DNA of 36,163 nt from an uncultured Kordiimonadaceae bacterium (lineage in GTDB: Bacteria > Pseudomonadota > Alphaproteobacteria > Sphingomonadales > Emcibacteraceae): the NCBI GenBank assembly GCA_937914685.1, contig CALDNY010000296.1, forward strand, positions 1 to 36,163, written 5' to 3'. The translations under genes and the position numbers were made by a program. Below the pieces are notes generated by a model, which did not search any database, had not been told where the DNA came from, and saw nothing but the letters and a program-made list of their open reading frames with translations. Below, piece by piece: positions 18,902-26,773 of the stretch (its first letter is position 1; every line of letters begins with the position of its first letter).

Positions 18902-20935
18902 ATGAAAAAATATATAGGCATAGTGAGCCTACTTGTGGTGCTAGCAGGATGTGATAATTCTGATCCTGCCGCTGAAATAACAGATAAAATATCTGGTGTT
19001 ACATTGTCCGAAATGGACATGACGGTTAATCCCGGTGATGACTTTTTTGAATATGTGAATGGAACATGGTTAAAAAACACGGAAATTCCTGCGGATAAAA
19101 GTCGTTGGGGTTCTTTTAATGTTTTGCGCGATAATGCCGAAAGTGATGTTCGGGTCATTATCGAAGAAGCGTCGGCGGGCGCAGCGCCAAACGGTAGTAA
19201 CGAACAAAAAGTAGGCGACCTTTATAAATCCTATATGGATATGGAAACAAGAAACGCGCTTGGAATTACTCCGTTATCGGCTCCTATGGCAGATATTGAA
19301 GCCGTTAGTGATTTAAAAGATTTATCAATATATTTAGCCAAGGCCGGTAAATATTCAAGAAGCACGCCGCTTGCTCTTTATATTGATGTGGACGCTAAAA
19401 TCCCAACTCAATATTCCGTACATATCTATCAGGCGGGCCTTGGTCTACCGGACCGGGATTTTTATTTTAACGATGATGAAAAATCAATTGATATTCGTAA
19501 TAAATATATAGCGCATATTGAGAAAATGCTGACCTTAGCCCAGCTTGAAGAGGGCGCCGCTTTGGCTCAATCCATTATGGATTTAGAAACGAAAATTGCC
19601 GATATTCATTGGAAAAAAGAAGATAATCGCGACAGCAACAAGACCTATAATAAATATTCGATGGCACAATTAAAAACTTTGTTGCCTAATCTGGATTTAG
19701 AGGCCTATTTTGATGTGACTGGCGTTAAAGACGGGCCAGACGTAATCGTTAACCAACCAAGCTATCTTACGGGTCTTAACACACTATTCAGTGATGTTGA
19801 TCTAGAGACATGGAAAACATATCTTAGATGGTCGCTGGTCAATGACATGGCAACGCGCTTAAATGAAGATATGGACGCTCAAAATTTCGAATTTTACGGA
19901 AAAGTTTTAAATGGAACAGAAGAACAGCGTCCCTTGTGGCGTCGGGCGACCTCAACGGTAAGTTCTAATCTTGGTGAAGTGGTTGGTAAAGTTTATGTGT
20001 CAAAGCATTTTGCACCAGAGGCGAAAGAAAGCATGGTTGCGTTGGTACAAAATCTTATTAAATCATATGAGGTTAGTATTAAAAACTTAGATTGGATGGG
20101 CGATGATACTAAACAAAAAGCCTTGGCCAAACTGGCAAAATTTGACCCTAAAATCGGTTATCCTGATAAATGGAAAGATTATTCAGCTTTAGAAATTAAA
20201 GCAGATGATCTTGCGGGGAATATTGAACGTTCGGCCTTAACGGCTCATAATCGTGAGCTGGCAAAACTAGGCCAACCTATTGATCGGACCGAATGGTTTA
20301 TGACACCACAAACCGTTAATGCTTATTATAATCCGACCATGAACGAGATTGTTTTCCCGGCGGCTATCTTGCAACCACCGTTTTTTAACTTTCCTGCTGA
20401 TGATGCCATCAATTACGGCGGCATTGGAGGCGTAATCGGCCATGAGGTAGGTCACGGCTTTGATGATCAGGGAAGCCGCTATAATGGTGATGGTAAATTA
20501 GAAGACTGGTGGACAGAAGATGACCAGACAAAATTTAAAGAAAAAACAAATGCTCTTGTCGCTCAATATGATGCTTATGAGCCGATAGAGGGAACTCATG
20601 TCAATGGGACTTATACATTAGGCGAGAATATTGGTGATCTGAGCGGCCTTAGCATTGCTTATAAGGCTTATAAAATATCTTTAAAGGGTCTGCCTGCTCC
20701 GGTTATTGACGGCTTGACTGGCGATCAACGCTTCTTCATTGGATGGGCCCAAGCGTTTAGGTCTAAAATTCGTGATCAAGCGTTGGTTAATCAAATTAAG
20801 ACCGACCCTCACTCACCAGATAGATATCGGGTTAATGGTGTTGTTTATAATGTTGATGCTTTTTATGAAGCGTTCGGAGTTACGCAGCAGAATAAGCTTT
20901 ATATTAAGCCAGAAGACCGAGTTCGAATTTGGTAA
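18902..20935 (+). CDS. M13-family (neprilysin/PepO-like) zinc metallopeptidase, lipoprotein
   Basis: Lipobox LAGC, DDFFEYVNGTW, VNAYY, HEVGH (HExxH), GENIGD and DPHS…R.NG. Confidence 0.93.
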   Translation: MKKYIGIVSLLVVLAGCDNSDPAAEITDKISGVTLSEMDMTVNPGDDFFEYVNGTWLKNTEIPADKSRWGSFNVLRDNAESDVRVIIEEASAGAAPNGSNEQKVGDLYKSYMDMETRNALGITPLSAPMADIEAVSDLKDLSIYLAKAGKYSRSTPLALYIDVDAKIPTQYSVHIYQAGLGLPDRDFYFNDDEKSIDIRNKYIAHIEKMLTLAQLEEGAALAQSIMDLETKIADIHWKKEDNRDSNKTYNKYSMAQLKTLLPNLDLEAYFDVTGVKDGPDVIVNQPSYLTGLNTLFSDVDLETWKTYLRWSLVNDMATRLNEDMDAQNFEFYGKVLNGTEEQRPLWRRATSTVSSNLGEVVGKVYVSKHFAPEAKESMVALVQNLIKSYEVSIKNLDWMGDDTKQKALAKLAKFDPKIGYPDKWKDYSALEIKADDLAGNIERSALTAHNRELAKLGQPIDRTEWFMTPQTVNAYYNPTMNEIVFPAAILQPPFFNFPADDAINYGGIGGVIGHEVGHGFDDQGSRYNGDGKLEDWWTEDDQTKFKEKTNALVAQYDAYEPIEGTHVNGTYTLGENIGDLSGLSIAYKAYKISLKGLPAPVIDGLTGDQRFFIGWAQAFRSKIRDQALVNQIKTDPHSPDRYRVNGVVYNVDAFYEAFGVTQQNKLYIKPEDRVRIW

Positions 20936-20957
20936 AATAGTTATCAGATGTCAAATT

Positions 20958-20984
20958 AAAGGGCGGCTTTAGTCGCCCTTTTTT
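20958..20984. terminator. Probable bidirectional terminator
   Basis: AAAGGGCGGC-ttta-GTCGCCCTTTTTT between the convergent M13 and YHS genes. Confidence 0.8.
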
Positions 20985-21492
20985 ATTTTAAATTTTCGGT
21001 ATTTGCCAGTTTAACTCTTAAATAGTCCCAATTGCTGGTGGCTTGGATCATGTTTTTTGCGCGATCGTCGTTCCAATACTTTTTATGTTCTTCGGAATGG
21101 TGCAAAAATAGCTGAGCCGCAAAAACTGTGAAATATATTGGATTACTGGGATTTGAATAACCTTTTATGATACCTGCCGCGTCATAGCCACCAAATTGCG
21201 GGGCATAACGCTCTGGGTATTTGGCAAAATCATTTCGGTTTTCTAGGGTCGAAAAAAACCAATCTGCCCCAGCCCAAGAGACTTGGAATTTAGGGGAGCC
21301 TAAGACGGCTTCTTTTTGATTAAAATAAGCCACCGTATCATAACCATCGATGGCGACATTTTTATCTGTATCAAAAATGACACTATCGGCAAAATAGGAC
21401 TGAGAAGTATAATAAAATGAAAGGCCGCCCAGTGATGAGATGACAAGCGCTGAAATAACGAGCAGATTTCGTGCTAAATTATTCATGATCAA
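20983..21492 (-). CDS. YHS-domain protein with N-terminal signal or anchor
   Basis: AIDGYDTVAYF…WFF…NRNDF…PERYAPQFGGY motif of the YHS (seleno)protein family. Confidence 0.8.
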   Translation of the reverse strand: MIMNNLARNLLVISALVISSLGGLSFYYTSQSYFADSVIFDTDKNVAIDGYDTVAYFNQKEAVLGSPKFQVSWAGADWFFSTLENRNDFAKYPERYAPQFGGYDAAGIIKGYSNPSNPIYFTVFAAQLFLHHSEEHKKYWNDDRAKNMIQATSNWDYLRVKLANTENLK

Positions 21493-21517
21493 TTTTCCGT
21501 ATCAATATGGTCATTTA

Positions 21518-22390
21518 TTATCTGGTAGCTACTGGTTCTGCACCTGAATAGTCATAAAATCCACGACCTGTTTTTTTACCTAACCAGCCTGCCTCTACAT
21601 ATTTTACCAATAAAGGACAAGGACGATATTTGCTATCTGCAAACCCTTCGTGGAGAACCTGCATAATGGAAAGACACGTATCAAGACCGATAAAATCAGC
21701 AAGCTGCAATGGCCCCATAGGATGATTGGCGCCAAGTCGCATCGAAAGGTCTATGGCCTCAATATTGCCCACGCCTTCATATAAGGCATAAACCGCTTCG
21801 TTAATCATGGGCATCAGGATGCGATTGACAATAAAACCGGGGAAATCCTCTGAACTTGCGCTAATTTTACCAAGCTTAGAGACGATATCATTCATAGTCT
21901 GATAGGTTTGATCATCAGTGGCAATGCCGCGGATTAGCTCAACAAGGGCCATCAATGGCACTGGGTTCATAAAATGGACACCAATAAATTTTTTCGGACG
22001 ATCTGTTACCGCTCCAAGGCGGGTTACTGAAATCGACGAGGTATTGGTTGCCATAATGGCATCAGGTTTCATAATGTCGCTGAGCTCTTTGAAAATGGCT
22101 TTTTTAATGTCTTCATTTTCAGTGGCCGCTTCGATGGCTAGATCCACAGTATTAAAATCAGACAGGGTAACCGTGGTTTTAATGCGGGCCAATGCCGCTT
22201 GGCGCTCCTCTTCGTTGATGAGCTCCTTTGAAATTTGACGGTGCATATTTTTATCAATAGTGATCAGCGCTTGGTCCAATGCTTCGCGACTTATATCACT
22301 CAGCAACACATCATAACCCGCAAGGACAAAGACATGGGCTATCCCGCCGCCCATTTGCCCTGCGCCAATGACGCCAACTGTTTTGACCAT
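21518..22390 (-). CDS. hbd: 3-hydroxybutyryl-CoA dehydrogenase
   Basis: GAGQMGGG, NTSSIS, HFMNPVP, PGFIVNR and HPMGPL. Confidence 0.95.
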   Translation of the reverse strand: MVKTVGVIGAGQMGGGIAHVFVLAGYDVLLSDISREALDQALITIDKNMHRQISKELINEEERQAALARIKTTVTLSDFNTVDLAIEAATENEDIKKAIFKELSDIMKPDAIMATNTSSISVTRLGAVTDRPKKFIGVHFMNPVPLMALVELIRGIATDDQTYQTMNDIVSKLGKISASSEDFPGFIVNRILMPMINEAVYALYEGVGNIEAIDLSMRLGANHPMGPLQLADFIGLDTCLSIMQVLHEGFADSKYRPCPLLVKYVEAGWLGKKTGRGFYDYSGAEPVATR

Positions 22391-23322
22391 TATGATAATT
22401 CCTTATCCAATTCAGGGAGTGCAGTGAATAAATCGGCGACAAGGCCGTAATCAGCCACTTGAAAAATCGGTGCTTCTTCATCCTTATTAATGGCGACAAT
22501 CACTTTGCTGTCCTTCATTCCTGCAAGATGCTGAATGGCGCCAGATATACCAACGGCGATGTAAAGGTCAGGGGCAACGATTTTGCCAGTTTGACCAACC
22601 TGATAATCATTTGGAACATAGCCCGCATCAACGGCGGCGCGCGAGGCGCCAATGGCCGCCCCTAATTTATCGGCAACAGATTCTATCAGCGAGAAATTCT
22701 CGCCACTGCCCATACCGCGACCACCAGAAATGATGATTTTTGCACTGGTAAGCTCTGGGCGTTCTGATTTGCTAAGTTCTGCACTAACGAAACTAGAAAG
22801 TCCTGGATTTTTGGCGCCTTCAATATTTTCGATAGTTGCGGAGCCGCCCGTAGCATTTGCTGCGGCAAAGGCGGTGGTGCGCACGGTGATTAATTTCTTA
22901 GCATCGCTTGATTGGACAGTAGCAATGGCATTGCCAGCATAGATGGGGCGCTTGAAGGTATCGGCACTTTCAACTGAAATAATATCAGAAATCTGTGCCA
23001 TATCTAATGAAGCGGCAACCCGCGGCATAAAATTCTTGCCCGTTGTGGTCGAGGCCACAAGTATTTGATCATAATCATCAGCTAAATTGACAATTAAAGG
23101 GGCAATTAATTCGGCTAATGGATGTTGATAATCTTTATTATCAAGGCATAATATTTTTGATACGCCTTCAATTTTTGCGGCGGCCTCTGCGACGCTTCCG
23201 CAGCCTGATCCTGCAACAAGAATATGCATTTCTGAATTAAATTTAAGTCCCGCGCTAACCGCATTTAAGGTGCTTTCTTTTAAATCATTATTATCATGAT
23301 CGGCAATGATGAGTGTGGTCAT
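22390..23322 (-). CDS. etfA: Electron transfer flavoprotein alpha subunit
   Basis: RPIYAGN, GGRG, ASRAAVDAG, QVGQTGK and GISGAIQHLAGM. Confidence 0.97.
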   Translation of the reverse strand: MTTLIIADHDNNDLKESTLNAVSAGLKFNSEMHILVAGSGCGSVAEAAAKIEGVSKILCLDNKDYQHPLAELIAPLIVNLADDYDQILVASTTTGKNFMPRVAASLDMAQISDIISVESADTFKRPIYAGNAIATVQSSDAKKLITVRTTAFAAANATGGSATIENIEGAKNPGLSSFVSAELSKSERPELTSAKIIISGGRGMGSGENFSLIESVADKLGAAIGASRAAVDAGYVPNDYQVGQTGKIVAPDLYIAVGISGAIQHLAGMKDSKVIVAINKDEEAPIFQVADYGLVADLFTALPELDKELS

Positions 23323-23323
23323 G

Positions 23324-24073
23324 TTATATTACTCCTGCTTCGTCGCGAAGTTTTGAGACAAGCTCAGCAACGCTCTCAACCATAACGCCGGCACTACGCC
23401 CTGCGGGTTCTTCTACTTTTAAAGTTTTAACGCGCCGAGCGGTATCAACGCCGTAATCAGCCGGTGTTTTTTCATCGAGCGGCTTACGCTTTGCTTTCAT
23501 AATATTGGGCAATGATGCATATCGTGGTTCATTAAGGCGAAGATCAGATGTAATGACCACTGGCAGGGTTAATTTAATAGTTTCTAAGCCGCCGTCAACT
23601 TCACGAGTGACATTAACCGAACCATCAGTCATTTTTACTTGGGAAGCAAAAGTTCCCTGTCCCCATCCAAGAAGCGCGGCCAGCATTTGACCCGTTTGAT
23701 TGCAATCATCATCAATGGCCTGTTTGCCCATAAGGACGATTTGTGGGCTTTCTTCACCAACAATCGCTTTTAAAATTTTTGCAACAGTAAGCGGCTCAAC
23801 ATCATCATCAGTTTTAACTAAAATAGCGCGGTCGGCCCCCATGGCAAGAGCGGTGCGCAGGGTTTCTTGTGCTTGGGCGGGGCCAACGGATACGGCGATG
23901 ATTTCTGTAGCGTTTCCTGCTTCTTTAAGGCGAATGGCTTCTTCAACAGCGATTTCATCAAAGGGGTTCACGGACATTTTAACATTGGCAAGTTCGACGC
24001 CGCTATTATCTGATTTGACACGTGCTTTTACGTTATAATCTATGACGCGTTTAACGGGAACTAATATTTTCAT
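23324..24073 (-). CDS. etfB: Electron transfer flavoprotein beta subunit
   Basis: [29 protein letters not shown] and DLRLNEPRY. Confidence 0.97.
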   Translation of the reverse strand: MKILVPVKRVIDYNVKARVKSDNSGVELANVKMSVNPFDEIAVEEAIRLKEAGNATEIIAVSVGPAQAQETLRTALAMGADRAILVKTDDDVEPLTVAKILKAIVGEESPQIVLMGKQAIDDDCNQTGQMLAALLGWGQGTFASQVKMTDGSVNVTREVDGGLETIKLTLPVVITSDLRLNEPRYASLPNIMKAKRKPLDEKTPADYGVDTARRVKTLKVEEPAGRSAGVMVESVAELVSKLRDEAGVI

Positions 24074-24176
24074 TGATCTTTATACTCCGTATTTTGTCTC
24101 ATTATTTGTTTTACACTATAATATTTTATCTATCCTTTTCAATTAGAATAAGGATAAAAATACAATTGAAGTCACT

Positions 24177-24205
24177 TTGACATTCTATATAGAACAGACT
24201 ACCAT
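24177..24205 (+). promoter_or_regulatory. sigma70-type promoter of the FAH operon, with a palindrome in the spacer
   Basis: TTGACA (24177-24182)-N17-TACCAT (24200-24205); palindrome TTCTATATAGAA at 24183-24194. Confidence 0.65.
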
Positions 24206-24223
24206 TTCGTCATATAAAAAAAT

Positions 24224-24253
24224 ATAAATGGGACTTAAATAAATGGGACTTAA
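24224..24253 (+). repeat. Perfect 15-bp tandem duplication (ATAAATGGGACTTAA x2) covering the RBS
   Basis: Copies at 24224-24238 and 24239-24253, ending 2 nt before ATG 24256. Confidence 0.9.
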
Positions 24254-24255
24254 TA

Positions 24256-25086
24256 ATGATATATTCTATTAAGCGGATTGTAACGGGTTTATTTCTAATC
24301 GTAATGTTACCAAGCCTCGCCCTTTGCGAGACATTCGTGCGTTATGAACAAAATGGAATAACATCATGGGGCGAACTTAAGGGGGAAACCATTCATCAGT
24401 TAAATAATGCGCCTTATTTAGAGGGTAAATCTACAGGAAAGACCGTCATGCGGTCTGATGTTAAATTGATGGCTCCGGTTGATCCTCGCGATGTTTATAT
24501 GACCGGCTTTAATTATGAAAACCATATCCCTGAAGGGCAAAAAACAACGCCTTATCCCGGCCTGTTTATGGTCCCTGCAAGTTCATTAGTTGGGCCAGAA
24601 GATGACATTATTCATCCGATCGATAGTGAGATTATTGGCTATGAAGCAGAAACGGTTATTGTGATCGCAAAACGGGCTCACAAAGTCTCTATTGAAGATG
24701 CTAGTGATTATATTTTTGGCGTTACTGCGGGTAATGACGTATCGGCTCGTGATTGGATCTCCGCGGATATTCAGTGGTTTCGTGGTAAAGGGGCAAACGG
24801 CTTTAACGCCATCGGGCCGGTGCTGCAAACGGGACTTGATTATAAAAACTTAAATCTTACCGCCCGCTTGAACGGTGTCGTGACCCAGCGCGGTAATACA
24901 TCAAAGATGATCCACAATTTTGAAGAAATGGTTAGCTATATTTCGCAATATTTTGTACTTGAACCGGGGGATCTTATTTGGTCGGGTACTATTGGTACAT
25001 CATCAACACTAAAAGTAGGCGATACTTACGAAGTTGAAATCGAAGGCGTCGGAAAATTAAATAACAAAATTGTCCAAGGACATTAG
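24256..25086 (+). CDS. FAH-family protein 1, with putative signal peptide
   Basis: NYENH, YEAE, NDVSARDW, WFRGKG and LEPGDLIWSGT. Basic-hydrophobic N-terminus ending ALC|ETF. Confidence 0.88.
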   Translation: MIYSIKRIVTGLFLIVMLPSLALCETFVRYEQNGITSWGELKGETIHQLNNAPYLEGKSTGKTVMRSDVKLMAPVDPRDVYMTGFNYENHIPEGQKTTPYPGLFMVPASSLVGPEDDIIHPIDSEIIGYEAETVIVIAKRAHKVSIEDASDYIFGVTAGNDVSARDWISADIQWFRGKGANGFNAIGPVLQTGLDYKNLNLTARLNGVVTQRGNTSKMIHNFEEMVSYISQYFVLEPGDLIWSGTIGTSSTLKVGDTYEVEIEGVGKLNNKIVQGH

Positions 25087-25098
25087 AGGAAAAATATT

Positions 25099-25917
25099 AT
25101 GATTAAATCTTTAGCAGTAGGCCTTCTGGCCGCATTCGTGATGAGCGCATCAGCATCAGCACAAAACTATGTTCGCTATCAACAAAATGGTGTGGCTTCA
25201 TGGGGGGAACTTGATGGTGCGACTATTCATCAATTGAGCGGCGCACCTTACCTTGATGGTACGCGTACAGGAAACTCAGTTCAAAAATCGGATGTTAAAA
25301 CATTAGCACCGGTTGATCCAAAGCTGGCCTTTATGACGGCGCTTAATTTTAAAAGTCACATTGGTGATCGTGAGCCTGCAAAATACCCGGGTCTCTTCAC
25401 CGTCCCCGTAAGCTCGATCATTGGCCCTGATGATGATATCGTGCGCCCTGCGGGTAGTAAAAACCTGCATTATGAAGCAGAGATGGTTATTGTCATCGGT
25501 AAGCATGCTGAAAATGTAGCCCTTGAAGACGCGGGTGATTATATTTTTGGCGTGACCGCGGGCAATGATGTTTCGGAACGTGATTGGCAGCGCGATGATA
25601 TTCAATGGCTTCGTGCTAAAGGAACTAGAGGCTTCAATGTGGTTGGTCCTCACCTTGTTAAAGGATTAGATCCAAGGGGTCTTGAAATTGAAGGACGTCT
25701 TAACGGCGAACACGCTCAAGGTCAAAATTCATCTGATATGCTTTTTGATATGCATTATATGGTCTATTATATTTCCAAATATTTCACCTTGGAGCCTGGT
25801 GATATTATCTGGTCTGGGACAATGGGTAGAACTAAAATGATGGTGCCAGGCGATGTTTACGAAATAGAGATTGAAGGCGTTGGCATTCTTAAAAATAAAG
25901 TGGTTCAAGGAAAATAA
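25099..25917 (+). CDS. FAH-family protein 2, with signal peptide
   Basis: YEAE, NDVSERDWQ, WLRAKG and LEPGDIIWSGT. MIKSLAVGLLAAFVMSASASA|QNY; SD GAGG. Confidence 0.9.
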   Translation: MIKSLAVGLLAAFVMSASASAQNYVRYQQNGVASWGELDGATIHQLSGAPYLDGTRTGNSVQKSDVKTLAPVDPKLAFMTALNFKSHIGDREPAKYPGLFTVPVSSIIGPDDDIVRPAGSKNLHYEAEMVIVIGKHAENVALEDAGDYIFGVTAGNDVSERDWQRDDIQWLRAKGTRGFNVVGPHLVKGLDPRGLEIEGRLNGEHAQGQNSSDMLFDMHYMVYYISKYFTLEPGDIIWSGTMGRTKMMVPGDVYEIEIEGVGILKNKVVQGK

Positions 25918-25918
25918 A

Positions 25919-26755
25919 ATGAAGATTACGGTTATTGCGGCTGCGATTATTGCGGCTTGTAGCATGGCGGCTAGTGCTTATGCGGAAAATTATGTTCGCT
26001 ATCAACAAAATGGTGTGACCTCATGGGGGCAAATCATCGGCTCGACCATCCACCAGTTAAGTGCCGCGCCTTATTTGGACGGCGTCCCTACGGGAAAGTT
26101 GATTGAAAGAGCGGATGTTAAATTAAAAGCACCAGTAGATCCAAAACTCGCTTTTATGACCGCCTTTAATTATAGCGATCATAAAAAAGAAACCTTTGGC
26201 ATCACTAAAGACACCACAAAAAAACCGGGCCTGTTTACTGTCCCCGTAGGCTCGATCATTGGCCCAGAAGATGACATTGTGCGTCCTGCGGGCAGTGTCA
26301 ATTTTCATTATGAAGCTGAAATGGTGGCGGTCATTGGCAAGCGTGCTGAAAATGTCCCCCTCGAAGAGGCGGGTGATTATATTTTTGGTGTAACCATTGG
26401 TAATGATGGCTCAGAACGGGACTGGCAGGCAAATGATATTCAGTGGCTTCGTGCTAAGGGATCAAATAACTTTAATCCGGTAGGGCCACAACTTGTCACT
26501 GGTCTGGATTATAACAACCTTGATATTGAGGGGCGTCTCAATGGTAAAAAATCCCAAGCCGCCAATTCATCAGGAATGATTTTTAATATGAATTATATGG
26601 TTCATTATATATCACAATATTTTACCCTAGAGCCCGGCGATGTGATCTGGTCTGGAACTATGGGATCGACAGGAAAAATGGAACCGGGCGATGTTTATGA
26701 GATCGAATTAGAAGGCGTTGGTATTTTGCGTAATAAGCTGGTTCAGGGAAAATAA
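25919..26755 (+). CDS. FAH-family protein 3, with signal peptide
   Basis: ATG 25919, 1 nt after the paralog-2 stop. MKITVIAAAIIAACSMAASAYA|ENY; YEAE, NDGSERDWQ, WLRAKG and WSGT. Confidence 0.9.
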   Translation: MKITVIAAAIIAACSMAASAYAENYVRYQQNGVTSWGQIIGSTIHQLSAAPYLDGVPTGKLIERADVKLKAPVDPKLAFMTAFNYSDHKKETFGITKDTTKKPGLFTVPVGSIIGPEDDIVRPAGSVNFHYEAEMVAVIGKRAENVPLEEAGDYIFGVTIGNDGSERDWQANDIQWLRAKGSNNFNPVGPQLVTGLDYNNLDIEGRLNGKKSQAANSSGMIFNMNYMVHYISQYFTLEPGDVIWSGTMGSTGKMEPGDVYEIELEGVGILRNKLVQGK

Positions 26756-26773
26756 ATTTTTAAGAAAACTTAA

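Noticed and set aside
21170-21200. Selenocysteine in the YHS protein
   Set aside because: The codon at the equivalent position is GAC (Asp). The TGA in TATGAC is out of frame.
25871-25918. Track start (TTG 25871) for FAH paralog 3
   Set aside because: It overlaps paralog 2 by 47 nt. ATG 25919 gives a clean signal peptide and translational coupling.
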